Shown: positions 1 to 9,026 of the stretch, in pieces
Layout of the letters: every line of letters starts with the position of its first letter
How positions within the stretch are numbered: position 1 is the stretch's first letter
From: an uncultured Bacteroidota bacterium
Lineage (GTDB): Bacteria > Bacteroidota > Bacteroidia > JABEUT01
NCBI GenBank assembly: GCA_903863935.1
Contig: CAIPDV010000099.1
Coordinates: forward strand, 7,342 to 71,341
DNA: 64,000 nt
Direction: 5' to 3'
Program-made: the position numbers and the translations under genes
Notes under the pieces: generated by a model
The model's input: the letters and a program-made list of their open reading frames with translations, nothing else
Database searches by the model: none
Told to the model about the DNA's origin: nothing

Positions 1-1
1 A

Positions 2-892
2 AATTGGACAGGAACGAGTTGTGCTTCACTTTGTACCACTTATACAGGCCCTAATGGTGCTTGGAAAGTTGATACAGTTGGTACAATGGGTGCCGCCGCT
101 AACATTTGGTATTTCAGTAACACGGAGCAAGGTATGGGAAGAACAGTTTGCGGATCAGGAAGTGGATCCAGCGCAACCGCCCACATTGGCAACCAATCGA
201 ATTCGCCTGCAGCATTTTTATTTTGCCCAAATGGAGATTGTGGTGCAGCTTATGATGCTGGGGGTTCAAGCCCTTCTGTTACATCAAATGAGAGAATCGA
301 ATCACCGGTAATTAATTGTACCGGAAAAGGCACAATAACCTTATCATTTAACTACATACAGGGAGGCCAGGCACTCAAGGATAATGATTCGGTAATGTAT
401 TTTGATGGAACTACCTGGGCTTTCCTTTCTGCTACCCCTAAAACTAATAATTCAGGCTGTTTGGGCCAAGGCAAGTGGACATATTACTCAGTTGCCCTGC
501 CGTTAAGCGCAAATAATAATGCAAATGTTAAAATTGGGTTTAAATGGACCAATGACGACGATGGAGCAGGAACTGACCCTTCATTTGCTATTGACAGTAT
601 CGTTTTAAATGCAGCTACTACATCAGGTATATTGGCATTGAACGATTATAAAAACTCTCAGATTTATCCTAACCCAAACAAAGGTAATTTTACTTTGAAG
701 TTTGAAAATATTCAATCTAACTCTTCATTGGAAATATATAATGTTCTTGGAGAAAAAGTTTACCAGTCTGAATTAAGCAGCATTGATGAAAACCAAATTA
801 ATTTGGCTAACCCTAAAGCAGGTGTTTATCTTTATCGTGTTTTTTCAGCGGACAGAACTATTTCTTCTGAAGGAAAATTCATGGTGAAGTAG
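2..892 (+). CDS. T9SS C-terminal sorting domain protein, 5' partial (continues upstream of the window)
   Basis: The frame of ORF 86..892 stays open back to nt 2 (NWTGTSCASLCTTYTGPNGAWKVDTVGTMGAAANIW...), so the gene starts before the window. The last ~75 aa (NPNKGNFTLKFENIQ...GVYLYRVFSADRTISSEGKFMVK) fit the Por secretion tail (T9SS CTD) pattern. Confidence 0.7.
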   Translation, partial: NWTGTSCASLCTTYTGPNGAWKVDTVGTMGAAANIWYFSNTEQGMGRTVCGSGSGSSATAHIGNQSNSPAAFLFCPNGDCGAAYDAGGSSPSVTSNERIESPVINCTGKGTITLSFNYIQGGQALKDNDSVMYFDGTTWAFLSATPKTNNSGCLGQGKWTYYSVALPLSANNNANVKIGFKWTNDDDGAGTDPSFAIDSIVLNAATTSGILALNDYKNSQIYPNPNKGNFTLKFENIQSNSSLEIYNVLGEKVYQSELSSIDENQINLANPKAGVYLYRVFSADRTISSEGKFMVK

Positions 893-916
893 GCATTGTA
901 AAAGACTCTTACTTGA

Positions 917-950
917 AAAACCCTGGCAAATATTTGTCGGGGTTTTTTAA
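917..950 (+). terminator. Rho-independent terminator downstream of the T9SS gene
   Basis: GC-anchored hairpin CCCTGGCAAAT/ATTTGTCGGGG (with G.U wobbles) followed directly by TTTTTTAATTTTT. Confidence 0.45.
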
Positions 951-1019
951 TTTTTCTTGTTAATAAATAAGCCCGAAGGCAGAAAATTTGCAGAAGTTTA
1001 CTAAATACCTTCGCAGAAT

Positions 1020-3962
1020 ATGGGAAAGTATTGGAGTACACTTATTGTAGCTATTGTTTTTTGCCTTGTAAATAAGCCCGGAAATGGGCAGACAAAACCG
1101 GCTTTTCAAAATCCACAGTGTGAATATTGGGCTGATTCAGTTTTAAAAACCTTATCTCCCGATGAAAGAATTGGCCAGCTATTTATGGTGGCTGCCTATT
1201 CAGATTCATCCGATAAACATAAAGATGACAAGGAAAAGTTGACAAAACTTCTGAATGAACAAAAAATTGGGGGCATTATTTTCTTTAAAGGCTCACCTTA
1301 TAAACAGGCAGAACTTTGTAACTATTACCAGTCGCTAGCCAATGTACCGCTTATGATAGGCATGGATGCAGAATGGGGTCTTGCCATGCGATTGGACAGC
1401 GTGCCTCGTTTTCCTTTTCAAATGACATTGGGAGCGATGAAAGACACAACACTTGTTTTTCAAATGGGGCAGGAAATTGCCAGTGAATGTAAACGTATGG
1501 GTGTTCAGGTTGATTTTGCTCCTGTGGTAGATATCAATGATAACCCTGATAATCCAGTAATAGGAATGCGTTCCTTCGGTGAAAATAAAATGCACGTAAC
1601 AGAAATGGGGCTGGCATATATGAATGGTTTGCAAAGCGAAAATGTACTTGCTTGCGCTAAGCATTTTCCTGGACATGGAGATACAAAAACAGATTCGCAC
1701 CTGTCCTTGCCTGTGGTGGATTACCCTCTCAGCAGGCTTGACACACTGGAGTTTTACCCATTTCAAAAAGTGTTTAATGCAGGTATGGGAAGCACGATGG
1801 TAGCACATCTTTATATACCCGCTCTTGATTCAACTCCGAACAGGGCATCAACACTTTCTCCAAAAATTGTTGATAGTATACTCAAAAAGCAAATGAATTT
1901 TCAAGGGCTGATATTTACCGATGCCTTGAATATGCAAGGCGTAGCAAAGTATTACAAACCCGGAGAAGTAGATTTAAAGGCACTTTTAGCAGGTAATGAT
2001 GTGCTTTTATTTTCAGAGAATGTAGGCAAAGCAATTAAAGAAATTAAAAAAGCGATTGAAGACAGTTTAATAACTCAGCAGGAAATTGATCTGCGCTGCA
2101 AGAAAATTTTGATGGTAAAAGCATGGACCGGGTTAAACCATTACAAACCTATTGTAATGAACAACCTAACAAAAGACCTTAATTCAATTCAGGCGGATTT
2201 AATAAATAGGAAGATTGCTGAGAAATCAATTACACTTCTTTCAAATAAAAATAATTTGATTCCGCTGAAACGTTTGGATACCCTTATTATGGCCTGTGTT
2301 ATGATAGGTGATACAGGAATGAATAGTTTTCAATCAAGATTGGATGGATATGCCCGAATGGATCATTTTAACCTGAGTATTCATAGCAAAGACACCGTTT
2401 TAGGAACCTTATTGCAAAAATTAAAAGCCTATAACCTAGTCATTATTGGAGTAAATCATACAAACAATCATCCGCAAGATACTTTTGGGTTAAAACATAT
2501 TGCAATTAATTTGCTCGATACTCTCGAAAAGACAAAAAATGTAATTCTTGATCTTTTCTCTGACCCTTATATTTTAAACTATCTGCCACAAGCAGAAAGG
2601 GCAAATGCTTTGATTATGTCTTATCAGAGTACATCATATTTGCAGGACTATTCAGCTCAATTGATTTTCGGTGGAATAGGAGCAGAGGGCTCGCTGTCTA
2701 TATCTGCTTCTGAAATGTATAAGCGTGGATTCGGGTTTTGTACACCGAAAACAAGATTAGAATATACCATTCCGGAAGAATTAGGAATTTCCTCCGATAA
2801 CCTCGCAACCATTGATACTATTGCTAACTATGGCATCCGTCAAAAAGCATATCCGGGTTGTGTTGTATTTGCTGCAAAAGATGGAAAAGTGTTTTATGAA
2901 AAAGCTTTCGGAACCCGCGATAATAAGGACTCATTGAAAGTAAAACTGGATGATGTGTATGATCTGGCATCCGTAACTAAGGTAGCTGCCACAACAGTTG
3001 CATTAATGAAGTTGTCAGATTCAAATAAGGTGAATGTGGACAGTACTCTTACCTCTATTTTACCCCAAGCAGCAAACTCCAATAAGAAAGATTTGCTGAT
3101 TAAAGATATCCTTACTCACCAATCTGGGCTTAAGGCCGACATTTGGTTTTATAAGGAAACCATGAATGGGGATAAGTTTAAAGATGGTTTTTACAGCACT
3201 ACTGCATCAGCAGAGTTTCCTGATCCGGTAGCAACAAATCTTTTTATCCGGAAGGATTATAAGGATACTATACTACATGAAATATTACAATCTCCACTTG
3301 GTAAAAAGGATTATAAATACAGCGATTTAGGGTTTATTCTGATGGGTATGGCAGTAAATCATGTTTCGGGTAGGTCACTTGATAAATATTTAGCGGAAGA
3401 AATATATCAACCAATGGGCTTACAAACTATGGTGTTCAATCCGATGTATAAATTACTCGTTTTAAAAACTGTACCAACCGAGTACGATAGTATATACCGC
3501 AAACAATTACTTTGGGGAAATGTGCATGACCAGTCAGCAGCTATTTTGGGCGGTGTTGCCGGAAATGCAGGACTATTCTCAGATGCCAGCGACCTTGGTT
3601 CATTAATGCAAATGTTATTGCAAAATGGCGTTTATGGCGGAGAAAGATATATTGACAGTAATACAGTTAAGAAATGGACATCTTGCATTTTTTGTAATCA
3701 AGGCAACCGACGAGGCTTAGGTTTCGATAAACCGGAGCCCGATAAAAGCAAAGAAAGCCCAACATGCCGTTCTGCATCGGAAGAAAGCTATGGACATTCT
3801 GGTTTTACTGGCACTTACGTGTGGGTTGATCCCAAATATGGAATTGTCTATGTTTTCCTTTCTAATCGGGTAGCATTCGGTTCTTCCGATAATAAACTTG
3901 TAAAATTGGGCACCCGCACCAATATTCAGCAGGTGATTTACAATGCTGTAGGAGCAAAATAA
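1020..3962 (+). CDS. Bifunctional-type hydrolase: N-terminal GH3 beta-N-acetylhexosaminidase (NagZ-like) domain fused to a C-terminal beta-lactamase-fold serine hydrolase domain
   Basis: Signal peptide present. GH3 catalytic region motif KHFPGHGDTKTDSHLSLP. C-terminal half carries S-x-x-K (SVTKVAAT), YSDLG and HSGFTGT motifs typical of class C beta-lactamase / PBP-related esterases. Confidence 0.8.
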   Translation: MGKYWSTLIVAIVFCLVNKPGNGQTKPAFQNPQCEYWADSVLKTLSPDERIGQLFMVAAYSDSSDKHKDDKEKLTKLLNEQKIGGIIFFKGSPYKQAELCNYYQSLANVPLMIGMDAEWGLAMRLDSVPRFPFQMTLGAMKDTTLVFQMGQEIASECKRMGVQVDFAPVVDINDNPDNPVIGMRSFGENKMHVTEMGLAYMNGLQSENVLACAKHFPGHGDTKTDSHLSLPVVDYPLSRLDTLEFYPFQKVFNAGMGSTMVAHLYIPALDSTPNRASTLSPKIVDSILKKQMNFQGLIFTDALNMQGVAKYYKPGEVDLKALLAGNDVLLFSENVGKAIKEIKKAIEDSLITQQEIDLRCKKILMVKAWTGLNHYKPIVMNNLTKDLNSIQADLINRKIAEKSITLLSNKNNLIPLKRLDTLIMACVMIGDTGMNSFQSRLDGYARMDHFNLSIHSKDTVLGTLLQKLKAYNLVIIGVNHTNNHPQDTFGLKHIAINLLDTLEKTKNVILDLFSDPYILNYLPQAERANALIMSYQSTSYLQDYSAQLIFGGIGAEGSLSISASEMYKRGFGFCTPKTRLEYTIPEELGISSDNLATIDTIANYGIRQKAYPGCVVFAAKDGKVFYEKAFGTRDNKDSLKVKLDDVYDLASVTKVAATTVALMKLSDSNKVNVDSTLTSILPQAANSNKKDLLIKDILTHQSGLKADIWFYKETMNGDKFKDGFYSTTASAEFPDPVATNLFIRKDYKDTILHEILQSPLGKKDYKYSDLGFILMGMAVNHVSGRSLDKYLAEEIYQPMGLQTMVFNPMYKLLVLKTVPTEYDSIYRKQLLWGNVHDQSAAILGGVAGNAGLFSDASDLGSLMQMLLQNGVYGGERYIDSNTVKKWTSCIFCNQGNRRGLGFDKPEPDKSKESPTCRSASEESYGHSGFTGTYVWVDPKYGIVYVFLSNRVAFGSSDNKLVKLGTRTNIQQVIYNAVGAK

Positions 3963-3978
3963 TCAGTACATTAGCCGT

Positions 3979-5949
3979 ATGAATTTCTTGAGGAATTTGA
4001 AAGAAATGCCTTTATCCCAAAAGGTATTTTATATAATAATGCTCCTATTCGGGTGTATATTTTTTACAACCCTAATAGGCAATCATTATTACTTCCGCAC
4101 CTATGCTTTTGATTACGGAGTTTACAATTTTGCATTTTGGGATTATGCACACTTCCATGTAAGTTTAATTCCATGCCTTGAAGTGGTCGGCAATTCACGA
4201 ATGACATTTATGCAAGATCATTTTTCATTAACATTCTGGTATTTTGTTCCTTTATTTTGGATTTTTAACTGGTTAACAGGATCATATACGCTACTTATTC
4301 TTTTAGCACTTTTCATTTTATGGAGTGGTTGGGCTACCTACAAATTAATAAAATTAAAGACCAATGATGAGTGGCTGGCAGTAATTTCAGTGTTGTATTA
4401 TTTTTTGTTACAAGGTCGATACAGTTCCTTTGCTTCAGACTGTAATATTTTAATAATAATATGTTGTTTTGTGCCTCTGTTTTTATTTTATTTCGAATTG
4501 AAGAAATATGTAGTTGCAGGTATTCTGTTAATTCTTCTTTTATTTTCCCGTGAAGATATGCCAATTTGGTTTATTTTCATTTTCCTTGTAATTGGCACGT
4601 GGCATTGGAAAGATAAGAGGGTTCTCGCACTTTGTGTGGGAGGTATTTTAGTTTGCATTGTTTACTTCATTGTTTTATTCAAGGCGTTTATTCCAATGCT
4701 CGAAACTCCAAATAAACCATATACATTATTTCAATATTCTGTATTAGGTAAAACTCCCACAGAAGCTTTGGGTTATTGTATAATGCACCCTATTGATACT
4801 TTTAAGCTATTATATATAAACCAATTCCACAACCCTGTTTTTAATAATGTAAAGGAAGAATTTTACCTTGTGTATCTTATATCAGGAGGATTTATTTTGT
4901 TTTTTCGACCCCAGTATTTTATTTGGTTTATTCCAGTTATTGCCCAAAAAGTATTTAATGATGATGAAGGTCGTTGGGGAATTAATGGTTATTATTCAAT
5001 TACCATAGTTACCCTTTTGCCAATTTCTGTTTTCCTTATTATTTCGAAATTTAAATTAAGATGGCTTCGGTATTCCTTTTCAATATTAGTTTGTATTATG
5101 GCTTTATCAGTTACTTGGTATAAAATGAATATTAATAATCGGGCTGTTCCCTGGGGAACTACAATAAAGGAGAATATGTTTGACCCAGCTTTTTTTCATC
5201 CTGATTATGATGCGGGTTTAATTCATAAGGTCCTTAAATTAATTCCTCCTGATGCAAAATTATCGGCTTCTTCATCCATTCTTCCACATGTGTCGCAGCG
5301 GAGTTATATTTATGAGTTTCCGGATTTTAAAGGGGCTGACTATATTGCGGCGTTTACTTTCAAAGATTATTATGTTTCGAGTGACAGTGCCTATTCAATG
5401 TTTTTAAATCATTTGATTTTTTATCCCGGTTGGGATATCGTCTCTTATATTCCTCCTTTTATTTTACTTAAGAAAAATAAAAATGGAACTTATGTAAATA
5501 AAGTTTTCGACAGTATTGAATGTGGTGCTGAATATATTGCTTCTGATAAAAAGCATCTAATTACATCTGATGGTGAATTTACAGACAATCCTGAAACCCG
5601 CGACAGTTCTGTAAAACGGAATGGATGTTATTCATGTAAAGTAAGCAGTAAGAATCAATTCGGATATACTTATCACGGTGTGAATTTTAAAACGGGAGAT
5701 TTTTTGAAAATAACGGTATGGAAATATCCTGCAATTAAAGATACCGGTAACCTGATTGTATCCTGGGGAAAAGACATTGGTAAATTTACTTTTAACGGGA
5801 TTAAAAAGGATTCTTTAGGTTGGGAAGAGTTGGAATTGTATATAATGGTGCCTAAAGTTCGCTCAGATTTTAAAGTATTTGTTATGAATGATAAGAGTAA
5901 ACCAATTTGGTTCGATGATTTAAAAATTGTGAAGTGCTCTGTGAAATGA
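3979..5949 (+). CDS. Polytopic membrane protein (DUF2079 / GT-C-like) with a C-terminal extracytoplasmic beta-rich domain
   Basis: At least 10 predicted TM helices in the first ~430 aa, then a soluble ~200-aa tail ending ...KPIWFDDLKIVKCSVK. The tail resembles the C-terminal domain of the 707-aa protein at 9027..11150 (…AYFDDLSITIYP). Confidence 0.5.
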   Translation: MNFLRNLKEMPLSQKVFYIIMLLFGCIFFTTLIGNHYYFRTYAFDYGVYNFAFWDYAHFHVSLIPCLEVVGNSRMTFMQDHFSLTFWYFVPLFWIFNWLTGSYTLLILLALFILWSGWATYKLIKLKTNDEWLAVISVLYYFLLQGRYSSFASDCNILIIICCFVPLFLFYFELKKYVVAGILLILLLFSREDMPIWFIFIFLVIGTWHWKDKRVLALCVGGILVCIVYFIVLFKAFIPMLETPNKPYTLFQYSVLGKTPTEALGYCIMHPIDTFKLLYINQFHNPVFNNVKEEFYLVYLISGGFILFFRPQYFIWFIPVIAQKVFNDDEGRWGINGYYSITIVTLLPISVFLIISKFKLRWLRYSFSILVCIMALSVTWYKMNINNRAVPWGTTIKENMFDPAFFHPDYDAGLIHKVLKLIPPDAKLSASSSILPHVSQRSYIYEFPDFKGADYIAAFTFKDYYVSSDSAYSMFLNHLIFYPGWDIVSYIPPFILLKKNKNGTYVNKVFDSIECGAEYIASDKKHLITSDGEFTDNPETRDSSVKRNGCYSCKVSSKNQFGYTYHGVNFKTGDFLKITVWKYPAIKDTGNLIVSWGKDIGKFTFNGIKKDSLGWEELELYIMVPKVRSDFKVFVMNDKSKPIWFDDLKIVKCSVK

Positions 5950-7419
5950 TTACTTCTTTTTGAAGATCCAAACACCATAATCCATTCCACCAAGAACAGT
6001 AAATTTTTCCTTGGGATCGAACCTACGAAGCAAAGTAAGATTAGGATTTTTCAATAAAGTATCTAATTTAATTTTGCCTTCATTCGGGCCATAGTGGCTA
6101 TCCCAGATCATAATACTTCCTTGCGGCATATTTAAGTCGGGTCGTTGTGAATTCATTCCCCATAGTTCACCCCTTTTTGCAGTATCATAGGGGTCAATAT
6201 TAAGGCTGGGAGTAATATAAGGGGCCAGGTAGAATATCTTTTTATTTGCATCAGGGGTTTGCTTCAACCAGTCAGTGGCATCTTTAATAACCACTTCTTC
6301 TGCACCAAGTTTAAATGGTATTTTGTACCATAAATCATAAGGGGCGTAAAGAACAGCAATAACAAAAACAGTCGCAATCCATGTTTTAACTTTAGTAAAT
6401 TTAAATACATCAGGAATCAAATTAATAAACTGTAAGCCTCTTAATGCAATAATTGAGGCGAGTGGTATGAGTGGTGCCATGTATCGCAACAATCCTAGTG
6501 TAGGGAAGAAGCCTGTAGCCCAAATTATAGTGTGCCCTACGAATATGTTAAACACGCAACCATACACCAACAAAACCTCCTCTGTCCTATACGCATTTTC
6601 TGTGCCGGTTGCAACTCTTCTGTTTAAATATTCACCTCCAATAAACCATAGAACACCGGCGATAATCAGAATTAAAAGTCCTAATCCAACAATATCATGG
6701 GCAGGTGCTATATAACTTATGAGTGAACCTTTAACATTACCATAGGCATGTGAGTTGCTTTCTGAATAAGGGTTTTGGTCTAATAACCAGTGAAGATTCT
6801 TATAGTAAATTGCTCCAATAAGCGTAATTATAATAGTCCCTACCGGAAGTAGAAAATTAGCCAAGTATTTCCTTTTCAGAATATAATAAAAGATAAACAG
6901 TGGTAATACAAAAATAAACTCGGCCCGTACGAATGGCAGAAAGGAAAATAGTATTGCACTTAAATAATACCGTTCATTCATGATGAGCCAAATACATCCA
7001 ATCAGCATCATGGAAAACATTGGTTCTGTTAATCCGGAATTTACAACGGAAAAGTAAATCGGTGCAGAAAATGTAAAAATAATAGCAAGATAAGGGAAGG
7101 GAATTGCCAGTTTTTCCGCTATTCTATAGGCAAAGTAAGATGCTCCAAGCCCGCAGAGAATATTGTATAGAGTTATTCCTTTTAATCCGAATTGTGCAAA
7201 AGGAGATGAAAGCATGGTAAAGAATGGTTTTCCCCAATCATCAACAAACAATCGGTGGTGGTGCCATGAATAGCGTGATATCAGATAGTGTGCTACCCCG
7301 TCTCCAGTGTCATATGTAGAAGAAGAAAAGAACAGGATAATACAAGCATAAACAAATAAGATTGCCAGTATTGAAAAGGCAATGAACTTTGTATTGGTTG
7401 CGTTTTTTATTAATTGCAT
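5950..7419 (-). CDS. GT-C fold membrane glycosyltransferase (PMT/ArnT-like, GT39/GT83-type)
   Basis: Multi-TM N-terminal region. The first extracytoplasmic loop has HHRLFVDDWGKPFF, resembling the PMT-family VFDEVHFGKF loop motif. Soluble C-terminal domain. Separated by 2 bp from the next gene, so a tight operon. Confidence 0.55.
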   Translation of the reverse strand: MQLIKNATNTKFIAFSILAILFVYACIILFFSSSTYDTGDGVAHYLISRYSWHHHRLFVDDWGKPFFTMLSSPFAQFGLKGITLYNILCGLGASYFAYRIAEKLAIPFPYLAIIFTFSAPIYFSVVNSGLTEPMFSMMLIGCIWLIMNERYYLSAILFSFLPFVRAEFIFVLPLFIFYYILKRKYLANFLLPVGTIIITLIGAIYYKNLHWLLDQNPYSESNSHAYGNVKGSLISYIAPAHDIVGLGLLILIIAGVLWFIGGEYLNRRVATGTENAYRTEEVLLVYGCVFNIFVGHTIIWATGFFPTLGLLRYMAPLIPLASIIALRGLQFINLIPDVFKFTKVKTWIATVFVIAVLYAPYDLWYKIPFKLGAEEVVIKDATDWLKQTPDANKKIFYLAPYITPSLNIDPYDTAKRGELWGMNSQRPDLNMPQGSIMIWDSHYGPNEGKIKLDTLLKNPNLTLLRRFDPKEKFTVLGGMDYGVWIFKKK

Positions 7420-7421
7420 GG

Positions 7422-9026
7422 TTAGTTTAAGTTTCTTAAATCATAAATAGATACATTTTGATAATTGCCTATCTTGTATTTTAAATATGGTTTAATCCAG
7501 GAATAATCAAGATAGGACGGTTTTGAAACAATCAGATATTTTGCACCAAGTCGTATAAACTCATTAATTCTTCCCTCATTTGCAAAGCCGCCATAACCAA
7601 AGTCGTCAAACCCTTTTTGATCCATAAGGTATAGAGTAATATTAATGCTTTGGTCAGGAATGCTTATTACTTTATCGGTTCTTGAAATTCCAAGCCTCCT
7701 TAAATAAGGAGTTATCGTTTCAAAGGCCTTGGTTTCATTAACGTAAGTGAAATGGTACCAGTTCCAGAAATCGGAATTTCGATCATCTATGATAAAATTA
7801 TATTTTACGATAGGGGTGGAAGTTGAATACCTGATATTTGTTTCTACAGCGCAGTAGTATATATTGAATAGTAAGAACAGGCTAAAAATAAATTTTAGTT
7901 TTACTGAGCTGAAAATGGCAGGGTAGTTATCCTTAAGGAAAATTAAGAATGCCACCAAGGTTGCAGGAACAAAAATTAAAAGATTAATCAGGTAATAGTC
8001 ATGTACATTCAGAACCTGGAACCACAGCACTAAATAGAGGATTATTCCTGTAAAGAGCATAGTTAAAAACCAAAGATAAAACTTGCTGATCTTTTTATGG
8101 TTGATCAGAAGAGATACGAATAGCAGAAGTGTTAGAAACAGTATAGGCATACTGAAATATTGCGGAAGTAAAAGGGTGTATAATTTAACAAGCGTGTCAT
8201 GAATCGCACTTTTGTCAAGTTTCCATAAAGGAAGAATATCTGTACTGAATAAACCTGCGTTATGAATTTGGTTGTAATGTATTGAATATAAAGTCCATGA
8301 AAACATAAGCAGTCCCGCAGCCAGTATGGTTAATACTTGTATTAAAGGACTAGTGAAAAGTTTGTTGTTTTTGTTTTTTCGAAAAGTGATGATCTCATAA
8401 AACAAAATAAATATGAGAGGAATGAAAGAAATAAGCCCCGTTATTTTTGTAAGGCCTGCTAACAAGAAAATGAAAATGGAAACATAAAAAAAGAGCATAC
8501 GTTTGGTTTTATAATAACGGACAAAATAGTACCATCCCATTAATGCAAAACTTAAAGCGGGAACATCCATTAAAAAATTATTGGAATAAACCGCAAAAAT
8601 TGGTGATGTGAAAAGTAAAATTGAAATAAGTAGTGCCCATGCTCCGTCACTTGTCATTTCTTTTACCAGTAAGAATAAAGCGTACAAACCTGAAAAGGCA
8701 ATAAAAGTATCAAGCATCCGGTAAATGAATTCATGGTAACCAAATATTTTCCATAGTATAGCAACTAAATAATAAATTAAAGGACATTCACTTGTGCTGG
8801 TCATTCCATTGCCGGAAGGCCCCAGCATATGAACTGAAGGACTGAGAAAGTGCATTCCTTCCTGGTAGTAATTCAGTGCAATAGAAAGACAATCGGTCTG
8901 TCTCCATTGGTGAATAGAGTAAGGGCGCATCCAAAAAATATTTTGATAGGAATATAAGAAGGCCACGCCAATAAGTACAATGAAAAAAAGTAAATCCCAT
9001 TTTTTGGGAGTTTTGAATAGTGCCAT
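7422..9026 (-). CDS. GT-C-like polytopic membrane glycosyltransferase (ArnT/PMT-like)
   Basis: About 12 TM helices. Basic/aromatic first loop (RPYSIHQWRQTDCLSIALNYYQEG) resembles the ArnT-type loop. C-terminal soluble region. Directly abuts the flanking GT-C genes. Confidence 0.5.
   Translation of the reverse strand: MALFKTPKKWDLLFFIVLIGVAFLYSYQNIFWMRPYSIHQWRQTDCLSIALNYYQEGMHFLSPSVHMLGPSGNGMTSTSECPLIYYLVAILWKIFGYHEFIYRMLDTFIAFSGLYALFLLVKEMTSDGAWALLISILLFTSPIFAVYSNNFLMDVPALSFALMGWYYFVRYYKTKRMLFFYVSIFIFLLAGLTKITGLISFIPLIFILFYEIITFRKNKNNKLFTSPLIQVLTILAAGLLMFSWTLYSIHYNQIHNAGLFSTDILPLWKLDKSAIHDTLVKLYTLLLPQYFSMPILFLTLLLFVSLLINHKKISKFYLWFLTMLFTGIILYLVLWFQVLNVHDYYLINLLIFVPATLVAFLIFLKDNYPAIFSSVKLKFIFSLFLLFNIYYCAVETNIRYSTSTPIVKYNFIIDDRNSDFWNWYHFTYVNETKAFETITPYLRRLGISRTDKVISIPDQSINITLYLMDQKGFDDFGYGGFANEGRINEFIRLGAKYLIVSKPSYLDYSWIKPYLKYKIGNYQNVSIYDLRNLN

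Noticed and set aside
21-311. 96-aa ORF at the window start
   Set aside because: It lies in a different frame from the open reading frame that runs from nt 2 into the T9SS-CTD gene ending at 892. The latter is clearly the real gene, so this ORF is an overlapping-frame artefact.
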